A stretch of DNA of 39,952 nt from Prochloraceae cyanobacterium (GTDB taxonomy: Bacteria; Cyanobacteriota; Cyanobacteriia; Cyanobacteriales; JBFRWL01). Of this stretch, positions 33,816 to 39,952 are shown piece after piece. The notes beneath the pieces were generated by a model. That model did not search any database. It was not told where the DNA came from and was given only the letters and a program-made list of their open reading frames with translations. The stretch covers positions 1 through 39,952 of the forward strand of contig JBFRWL010000562.1 in NCBI GenBank assembly GCA_051439565.1, read 5' to 3'. A program made the translations under genes and the position numbers. Every line of letters begins with the position of its first letter. The first letter of the stretch is position 1.

Positions 33816-35207
33816 ATGCGTGTTTGCGTCATTGGTGCTGGATATGTGGGTTTAGTCACAGGTGTTTGCTTGGCTCACATCGGGCATAATGTAATTTGCG
33901 TAGATAACAACGAAGAAAAAGTTAAGTTGTTGAAATCTGGTCAGTCGCCGATTTACGAACCAGGTTTGTCAGAACTGATGAAATCTTCCACTGAGTTGGG
34001 AAAACTCGAATTTACTTCCGACTTAGCTGCTGGAGTCACACACGGAGAAATTTTGTTTATTGCCGTAGGAACGCCTCCTTTGCCTAACGGGGAAAGCGAT
34101 ACGCGCTATGTTGAAGCAGTTGCTCGCGGTATTGGCACTCATCTCAATAGTGGTTACAAAGTAATTGTTAATAAGTCAACCGTGCCAATTGGTTCCGGGG
34201 ACTGGGTACGAATGATTGTCCTCGATGGGGTGGCTGAACGTCAGAAGTCTCTGGTAACAGCAGGAGGTGGTCCCCTTGAGGAGACAGGAGCAAACATTGT
34301 TGCTGATTTTGACGTGGTGAGCAATCCAGAATTCCTGCGAGAAGGTTCGGCAGTTTACGATACCTTTAATCCAGATCGCATTGTATTGGGCAGCAATAGC
34401 GCTAAAGCGATCGCTATGATGCAGGAACTCTACGCACCGATCGTGGAACGCAAGCAAGCTGAAGATAAGTCTTTACCGCCAGTACCAGTGGTAGTGACAG
34501 ATTTAAACTCAGCAGAGATGGTTAAATATGCTGCTAATGCCTTTTTAGCAACTAAGATTAGTTTTATTAATGAAGTTGCCAACATCTGCGATCGCGTCGG
34601 TGCTGATGTCACTCAAGTAGCTAGAGGTATTGGTTTAGATTCTCGCATTGGCAGCAAGTTCTTACAAGCTGGCATTGGTTGGGGAGGTTCCTGTTTTCCT
34701 AAAGATGTCTCTGCTTTAATTCACACCGCTGACGACTATGGCTATGAAGCACAGTTATTAAAAGCAACAGTCAGCGTTAACCAACGTCAGCGTTTAATTA
34801 CTATTGAAAAATTACAACAGGAACTCAAAATACTTAAAGGCAAAATCATTGGCTTACTGGGTTTAACCTTTAAACCCGATACCGATGATATGCGAGATGC
34901 TCCCTCGTTAAATTTAATTGAACAACTCAACCGCCTCGGCGCTAAAGTTAAAGCCTACGACCCGATCGTTTCTCAATCAGGTATGAGTCATGGCTTATCG
35001 GGAGTAATTGTCGAAACTAACCCAGAAATGTTAGCCGATGGCTGCGACGCTTTAGTCTTAGTGACAGACTGGCAGGAGTTTTTAAAACTCGACTACGCTA
35101 AGATGGCAAAATTGATGAACAATCCCGTGGTTATCGACGGTCGTAATTTTCTCGAGCGATCCGCTTTAGAAAGTCTTGGTTTCCATTACGTCGGCATTGG
35201 CCGATAA
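33816..35207 (+). CDS. ugd: UDP-glucose 6-dehydrogenase.
   Basis: The 463-aa ORF has the N-terminal Rossmann motif VIGAGYVGLVTG and the catalytic Cys motif GWGGSCFPKD. The C-terminal UDP-binding domain has FKPDTDDMRDAP. Confidence 0.92.
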   Translation: MRVCVIGAGYVGLVTGVCLAHIGHNVICVDNNEEKVKLLKSGQSPIYEPGLSELMKSSTELGKLEFTSDLAAGVTHGEILFIAVGTPPLPNGESDTRYVEAVARGIGTHLNSGYKVIVNKSTVPIGSGDWVRMIVLDGVAERQKSLVTAGGGPLEETGANIVADFDVVSNPEFLREGSAVYDTFNPDRIVLGSNSAKAIAMMQELYAPIVERKQAEDKSLPPVPVVVTDLNSAEMVKYAANAFLATKISFINEVANICDRVGADVTQVARGIGLDSRIGSKFLQAGIGWGGSCFPKDVSALIHTADDYGYEAQLLKATVSVNQRQRLITIEKLQQELKILKGKIIGLLGLTFKPDTDDMRDAPSLNLIEQLNRLGAKVKAYDPIVSQSGMSHGLSGVIVETNPEMLADGCDALVLVTDWQEFLKLDYAKMAKLMNNPVVIDGRNFLERSALESLGFHYVGIGR

Positions 35208-35234
35208 TACCAATTTCCCCTATGGGAAGCGGTT

Positions 35235-35262
35235 ACCTCTAACCTCTGAACTCTGACCCCTA
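35235..35262. repeat. STRR-like heptamer array (ACCTCTR, 4 units).
   Basis: The array reads acctcta acctctg aactctg accccta. It lies between the convergent ugd and dsbA-like genes. Confidence 0.75.
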
Positions 35263-35268
35263 CTATAT

Positions 35269-36156
35269 CTACCTCACACGAGCCAAGATCTCCTCGAGAT
35301 CGGATAAACTGACAGCACCACCAAAGGTCTCCTGATTCATAACAAAGAAAGGAGTACCAGAAATTCCCAACTGTCTGGCTAGGGCAAGATCTTGCTCGAT
35401 TGCTGGTAAAGCAAGCTGGCGATCGCGGTTAAATTTCTTGATATCTAAATTGAGGCTGCGAGCAATATCCAAATACAATTTCTCCCCCAATTTATCTTGC
35501 TGTTCAAAAAGAGCGTCATGATACTCCCAAAATTTACGCTGTTGATAAGCTGCCCAGGATGCTTGTGCAGCAGGAATAGCTTGAGGATGAATGGAAACTA
35601 AAGGCAAGTGTTTATAAACCCACATGACCTCATTCTGGTGCTTAGCCATAAACTGCTTGAGGGTCTTGTGGGTCTTAGCACAAAAAGGACACTGAAAATC
35701 GGAAAACTCTATTAAGATAACCTTAGCATCAGCCGCACCAATAGTAGGAGAAGAAGCAATAATCTTACCAGGATTATTTTTAAAATCTTGCAAAAATGCT
35801 TGCCTTGCTTGTTGTTTTTGCTTTTGTTGTTGTTGTTGGTATGCCTGTACAGACTCGATAATCACTTCTGGGTGATCGCGAATCATTTGTAAAACTTGTT
35901 GTTCTAATTTAGGATTAATTTGCTCAGTTGCTCTTGCTTTTAGGTCTTCATCTCCTTGTGAGAACGACTTTTCTTTTGCTACTGGTGAAGCAACCATTAA
36001 ACTCTCAGAAGATTTAGCGATATTCGTCGCGCAGAAACCAGAATCAGCTTTTAAGAGATTACAAAGCGCTGAAGAAATGCTGGGAAAGGAAAAAGCAGTT
36101 AACAAGACAGCTATAAAACTAATAATTACCAAGGCGATCGAGTAAATTCTACGCAT
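35269..36156 (-). CDS. DsbA-family thiol:disulfide oxidoreductase with an N-terminal membrane anchor.
   Basis: The 295-aa ORF has an N-terminal hydrophobic segment and a Gln-rich linker (QQQQQKQKQQ). The thioredoxin-fold motif is FSDFQCPFC, and GTPFFVMN lies near the C-terminus. Confidence 0.8.
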   Translation of the reverse strand: MRRIYSIALVIISFIAVLLTAFSFPSISSALCNLLKADSGFCATNIAKSSESLMVASPVAKEKSFSQGDEDLKARATEQINPKLEQQVLQMIRDHPEVIIESVQAYQQQQQKQKQQARQAFLQDFKNNPGKIIASSPTIGAADAKVILIEFSDFQCPFCAKTHKTLKQFMAKHQNEVMWVYKHLPLVSIHPQAIPAAQASWAAYQQRKFWEYHDALFEQQDKLGEKLYLDIARSLNLDIKKFNRDRQLALPAIEQDLALARQLGISGTPFFVMNQETFGGAVSLSDLEEILARVR

Positions 36157-36413
36157 AACTTACTGAAAAGGGAGTCGAATCAACTCCTTGTTATGGGCAA
36201 CACCATAATAACAGCAAGATTTCGGTGACGCTGGTTGAGACTGTTCACAGTATATATTGATTTTTGTCAAGAAAATTCGACGAAGTGCAAAATCGATGAA
36301 GTTGCTTTTTTGACATCTCCTACCTTTGAAAAAGCAGGATTCTAAAATTAATTTTCCTTTTTACCACCCCGGTTTTAGGAGTCACAATGTAATATCTTTC
36401 CAGGAAAGGTCAA

Positions 36414-36929
36414 TCATTGCTCACTAGTCTTTTCCAACACTGCCTTTAGTTTCGCCTCGTCTTCCTGGGAAAGAGAAGTTTGCAAGATTTTTCCCTTAAA
36501 TTGTTTTAGTTCTTCTAATACCTTATCCGGCTCTGCTTTTTGTACCAAGATGAAGAGGGCTGAAGTTTCTGGTGCGAGGGTTTGGCCGAGTTTTTCAATG
36601 AATTCATCTTCAATGCCAAGGTCTTTATGCAAGAGCGAACCTCCAAGCGCTCCAGCAGCAGCAGCTAAACCCAGGAAAGGTAGCTCAAGTAGTACTGCAC
36701 CTATAAGCAATCCTAATAAACCCCCTTTAAGGGCATCTGCTGCTACAAAATCTCCTTCTTGCTTGACCATTAATTCGCCTTCAGAGTTTTTGACGACGAC
36801 TACAGCATCTTCTAGATCCACCAGATGCTCTTTCTCCATTGCTTCGAGAGCATTGCGAACTTCATCTGCTTGTAACTCATCGTCAAAGCCAATCACAACT
36901 AGATTGCTTGCTGTTTTTTTGCCTGCCAT
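36414..36929 (-). CDS. DUF1269-like small membrane protein.
   Basis: The 171-aa ORF has an N-terminal soluble domain (VVIGFDD...LEDAVVVVKN..GEL.VKQ) and a Gly/Ala-rich membrane segment. Its C-terminal domain has PETSALFILV. The layout matches my recollection of DUF1269. Confidence 0.6.
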   Translation of the reverse strand: MAGKKTASNLVVIGFDDELQADEVRNALEAMEKEHLVDLEDAVVVVKNSEGELMVKQEGDFVAADALKGGLLGLLIGAVLLELPFLGLAAAAGALGGSLLHKDLGIEDEFIEKLGQTLAPETSALFILVQKAEPDKVLEELKQFKGKILQTSLSQEDEAKLKAVLEKTSEQ

Positions 36930-37103
36930 CAGGTCTGAATTCCAAAGTATTGATCTATTATGTCTAAAACTTTAGCTGATCTTGAGCTGATCGCAAATGA
37001 AACGATCTAAATTCCAGAGCCGCAAAAAAAATTATCCAAAAAGTATTGACAAAAGCTTTCTAGGTAATGTACCTTTATGAGCGTGTGAGGAGCGAACCAG
37101 TCA

Positions 37104-37150
37104 GGGAACCGAGACGAAACAAGGCAAGTCGTCGGTTCCCTTTCTGATTT
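37104..37150 (+). terminator. Strong intrinsic-terminator hairpin with a U-rich tail, plus-strand orientation, not attached to any plus-strand ORF.
   Basis: GGGAACCGA (37104-37112) pairs perfectly with TCGGTTCCC (37132-37140). Three more inner pairs form with a 1-nt bulge, and the loop is GAAACAAGGCAA. The hairpin is followed by TTTCTGATTTATTT. Confidence 0.6.
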
Positions 37151-37172
37151 ATTTGAATCCTCTTACTGATAC

Positions 37173-37988
37173 TTATAAAATAAATTTCTCAATGGCTACA
37201 GCCACTCCTTCTTCCTCTACATCAGGAGCCACCCACTGAGCAAATTTTTGCACTGCTGTGGGTCCATTACTCATAGCTACGCTTGTACCAGCGTATTGCA
37301 ACATTTCGAGATCGTTAAAATTATCTCCGATCGCCATGACGTTGTTAGCTTCTAGACCCAAGATCTTTTCAGTTAAATAACGGACAGCTAAACCCTTGTT
37401 AGCCTCGGGATTGGTAGCTTCAAAGTAATATTCTGTCGATTGAGTCAGATAAAGCTCCTCAGGAGGGTAGCGCTTTCTCAAGCTTTGGGATATTTTTTCG
37501 ATCGCTTGAGTATCTGAAGAAATAGTTAAAACTTTAGTAAGTTCGCTGTTCAGGATATTACGTAGATCGCCAACTGCAATTGGTTCGCTCCCCGAACGCT
37601 GAGCGTAGCTTTCTGTGTATGAGGTAATTTGACGCACATAAAGCCGATCGTCAATATAGAAATGAACTTCAATAGACGAACGCCACTCTGGTTGCTCGAA
37701 ATAGTCTAATAACTCTAAAGCTTTTTGAGTAGAAACGGGTAAATGTCGCTCTCTTTTCTGATTACCAGGATTTTGAATCCAGGCACCATTGTAAGCCACT
37801 ATTGGTAGTTGGGAAGCAACAGCAGCATGAAAGCGCAATGCTGAGCTATACATGCGACCAGTAGCCAACGCTACTTGAATTCCTTTTGCCTGTGCTGCGG
37901 CGATCGCCTGCTTGACTGGTTCGCTGACTTGATTAGATTTGCCAGCGATCGTACCATCAATATCTAAGACCAGTAATTTAATATCCAA
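37173..37988 (-). CDS. Cof-type HAD-IIB family phosphatase.
   Basis: The 271-aa ORF has HAD motif I LVLDIDGT, motif II TGR and motif IV GDNFNDLEM. It also has a Cof-like cap domain. Confidence 0.8.
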   Translation of the reverse strand: MDIKLLVLDIDGTIAGKSNQVSEPVKQAIAAAQAKGIQVALATGRMYSSALRFHAAVASQLPIVAYNGAWIQNPGNQKRERHLPVSTQKALELLDYFEQPEWRSSIEVHFYIDDRLYVRQITSYTESYAQRSGSEPIAVGDLRNILNSELTKVLTISSDTQAIEKISQSLRKRYPPEELYLTQSTEYYFEATNPEANKGLAVRYLTEKILGLEANNVMAIGDNFNDLEMLQYAGTSVAMSNGPTAVQKFAQWVAPDVEEEGVAVAIEKFIL

Positions 37989-38059
37989 AGCGCGGGCAAC
38001 TCTAGTAGACTACGCTTATAGATTACAACCTGAACCTTAAATTAATCTATTTATTCAAC

Positions 38060-39037
38060 CTATTGGCGCAGAAATGCTTCCACCTCTGTTGCAGTTGGCT
38101 GAGCGGCGATCGCCCCAGGTTTAGTGACGGTCAGTCCTCCTACTGCACAAGCGTAGGTAACAATTTTTCGAGCTGTCTCTGGATTGTCCAGACTAGCAAT
38201 CCCTTGCTGGCACAATTGATGAACAAAACCAGCAACGAAACTATCTCCCGCACCAGTGGTATCTTCAACCTTCAGAGAAAAAGGAGATACTCGACCTTCA
38301 CGATCGCTGAGACAGTAACTAATATCCTTTTCCCCTGCGGTGATTAAAACTCCTTCTACTGAGTCAAGACGGTGAGCGATCGCCCCAGCATCAGTAGTAC
38401 CAAACAACCATTGTGCTTCCTCGTCGGAGAGTTTGAGGAAATCTACATACTTCCACAACTGTCGTATTAGGGGTTTAGCCTCATTTTCATTGCGCCAAAA
38501 CATCGGACGCCAATTGACATCCACCACCACTTTAAGATAGCGCTGTTGTGCCATCTCCAGAGCTCGAAAAATTGCCGAACGAGTCTGAGGGTAGGCTAAT
38601 TCGAGAGTTCCCAAGACAAGAAATTCAGCTTCTAGAAATAACTCATCAGGTAATTGAAAACTTGTCAAGTAAGCATCGGCAAATTCATCCGGTCGGCGTT
38701 TTCCAAAGCCAGCAAAAGAGCGATCGCCTGTTGGGGAACGCAACACGAAAACGTTTCTTGTCGGTGCTTGAGGATGGCGTTGGATGCCAGTAGTATTTAC
38801 CCCGACTGAGTCTAAAAGTTCTACTAGCTTTTTGCCTGCTTCATCTTCTCCCACACAACCAATAAAAGCTGCTGGGGTTCCCAACTTAACTAAAGCAGTA
38901 GCAACATTAGCAGGAGCTCCTCCTGGATAAGCGGTCCAAGATTTCACTTCTTCCAGGGAGCTTCCTAGTTGATCCGCCAAGCAATCGAATAATATCTCGC
39001 CTAGACAAATGACACGAGACACAGATGGCATATTCAT
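38060..39037 (-). CDS. PfkB-family carbohydrate kinase, probable fructokinase.
   Basis: The 325-aa ORF has GGAPANVA, the DVNWRP region and the PfkB signature DTTGAGDSFVAGF. Confidence 0.8.
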   Translation of the reverse strand: MNMPSVSRVICLGEILFDCLADQLGSSLEEVKSWTAYPGGAPANVATALVKLGTPAAFIGCVGEDEAGKKLVELLDSVGVNTTGIQRHPQAPTRNVFVLRSPTGDRSFAGFGKRRPDEFADAYLTSFQLPDELFLEAEFLVLGTLELAYPQTRSAIFRALEMAQQRYLKVVVDVNWRPMFWRNENEAKPLIRQLWKYVDFLKLSDEEAQWLFGTTDAGAIAHRLDSVEGVLITAGEKDISYCLSDREGRVSPFSLKVEDTTGAGDSFVAGFVHQLCQQGIASLDNPETARKIVTYACAVGGLTVTKPGAIAAQPTATEVEAFLRQ

Positions 39038-39431
39038 TCAAACTTCTTCCTCAGGCTACTAAAGGCGGACATAAATAATCTTGGCTGAAGTGGTGACAAG
39101 AAAGGAGACCAGGTGTGGGAAAATAGAAGCAAATTCGGTAGTTTCCCCAAGCAAACAAACCAGATTCTACCCTATTCTTCTGTTCCTATCAACAATAATG
39201 ATACAGCGTCTGAAACTCTTGCTAGATGAAGATTTGGGTCAAAGCTCTTGAGAAAAAACCTGCGAAATTATCGCCCCCTTTTCATCTAGAGACTCATGCA
39301 CTTCTCAGAGAGTGCTTTAGCTTCCCAGGCAGAAGCTAAAAATACATGATTTTTTCTAATTTAAAAACCTAAGCTTCCTACTAGAATGAAAGCACCTAGT
39401 AAGTGAATTTACCTAAAATTAAGAAATTTTT

Positions 39432-39695
39432 ATGGCTTCTCACAAATTCCAGAATTCTGCATCTATTTCCCAGCGAGAATTACAAATCATTGAGCTAGTA
39501 TCTACTGGCTTAACCAACCAAGAAATTGCCCAGAAACTAGAAATTAGCAAAAGAACTGTAGATAACCACCTGAGTAATATTCTGAGAAAGACCAAAACAG
39601 AAAATAGAGTGGAACTGTTGAACTGGGCTTTATATTGGGGCAAGGTTTGTCTTTATGATGTCAATTGCTGCGATTTATCCCTAAACGAAAATTAG
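39432..39695 (+). CDS. Small stand-alone LuxR/GerE-type HTH regulator.
   Basis: The 87-aa ORF has LSQRELQIIELVSTGLTNQEIAQKLEISKRTVDNHLSNILRK, a canonical GerE HTH. It has a Cys-containing C-terminal tail. Confidence 0.8.
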   Translation: MASHKFQNSASISQRELQIIELVSTGLTNQEIAQKLEISKRTVDNHLSNILRKTKTENRVELLNWALYWGKVCLYDVNCCDLSLNEN

Positions 39696-39790
39696 CATAG
39701 TAAAGTGCTGAGTTAATTGACATATTCAATCTTGCTCAGGTAAGACATAGATCTCGCAGCAATTTTGTCTTTTACAAGAGGTAGGCAAAA

Positions 39791-39835
39791 GGTAGTAGAT
39801 GTTAGGTGTTAGGTGTTAGGTGTTAGATGTTAGTG
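39791..39835. repeat. STRR-like heptamer array (GRTGTTA, 5-6 units).
   Basis: The array reads ggtagta gatgtta ggtgtta ggtgtta ggtgtta gatgtta. Confidence 0.85.
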
Positions 39836-39916
39836 CAAGAAATAAGCTTCTCTACCTTCAAAATCCATACACTTTTGAATTGTCTAGATTATTCTGACTT
39901 CCTCTCTTGACTCGGA

Positions 39917-39944
39917 GACTCCTGACTCCTGACTCCTGACTCCT
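39917..39944. repeat. STRR-like heptamer array (GACTCCT, 4 perfect units).
   Basis: The array reads gactcct gactcct gactcct gactcct, close to the right window edge. Confidence 0.85.
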
Positions 39945-39952
39945 ATCTACAC

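Noticed and set aside
36550-36975. 141-aa plus-strand ORF antisense to the DUF1269-like gene. Similar antisense ORFs inside the SLC13, peroxidase, acs, kinase and ugd genes include 5148..5564, 7893..8144, 13558..13872 and 34176..34457.
   Set aside because: These are Ser/Ala/Pro-rich or otherwise featureless translations lying wholly within well-supported genes on the opposite strand. They are typical shadow ORFs.
37083-37140. Calling this locus a confident Yfr1 gene on the minus strand.
   Set aside because: The motif matches 10 of 11 positions. The linker between the 5' hairpin and the motif region is longer than described for Yfr1. I cannot find a 3' terminator hairpin or a promoter in that orientation. 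It is kept as an open alternative in the findings instead.
39298-39340. Two adjacent small hairpins (GCACT..AGTGC and TTTAGCTTC..GAAGCTAAA) upstream of the LuxR-type gene, considered as an sRNA or terminator.
   Set aside because: There is no U-tail directly after the stems and no recognisable promoter. They may simply be 5'-leader structure. The support is too weak.

Overview
This window looks like a chromosomal segment of a cyanobacterium. The evidence is at least 20 copies, counted by eye, of the HIP1 octamer GCGATCGC (under 1 expected by chance), several STRR-like heptamer arrays, and typical cyanobacterial gene content. About 28 protein-coding genes are supported.

Gene content, left to right:
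- A large RTX plus cadherin-repeat surface protein that runs off the left edge and is missing from the ORF track.
- A GH13 alpha-glucosidase and an SLC13/TrkA-C permease.
- An animal-type heme peroxidase fused to RTX repeats.
- A quinone oxidoreductase, an IS5-type transposase relic, acetyl-CoA synthetase and a radical SAM protein.
- A co-directional minus-strand block: hybrid Cache kinase, REC-kinase, SbcD-like nuclease and a double-FtsX permease.
- A two-component pair: a receiver/glutaredoxin-like/TrxR-like flavoprotein and a cNMP-domain kinase.
- aroH, sppA, an EamA transporter and a membrane HEAT-repeat protein.
- A GT4 glycosyltransferase with UDP-xylose synthase and UDP-glucose dehydrogenase.
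- A DsbA-like protein, a DUF1269-like protein, a Cof-type HAD hydrolase, a PfkB sugar kinase and a small LuxR-type regulator.

No rRNA gene, tRNA gene or CRISPR array was seen, and no known defence system was recognised.

Non-coding content is richer than usual:
- Three families of TA-flanked MITE-like elements. Two of them have second copies elsewhere in the window, and one copy supplies a stop codon and a start codon.
- Opposed G-tract and C-tract repeat blocks after acs.
- Two orphan promoter-plus-terminator units that look like small RNAs. One carries a 10-nt sequence complementary to the conserved Yfr1 motif.

The most unusual protein-level candidate is the two-component pair whose output is a flavoprotein lacking the TrxR CxxC. 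All functional calls rest on motif recognition by eye. No database search was possible.
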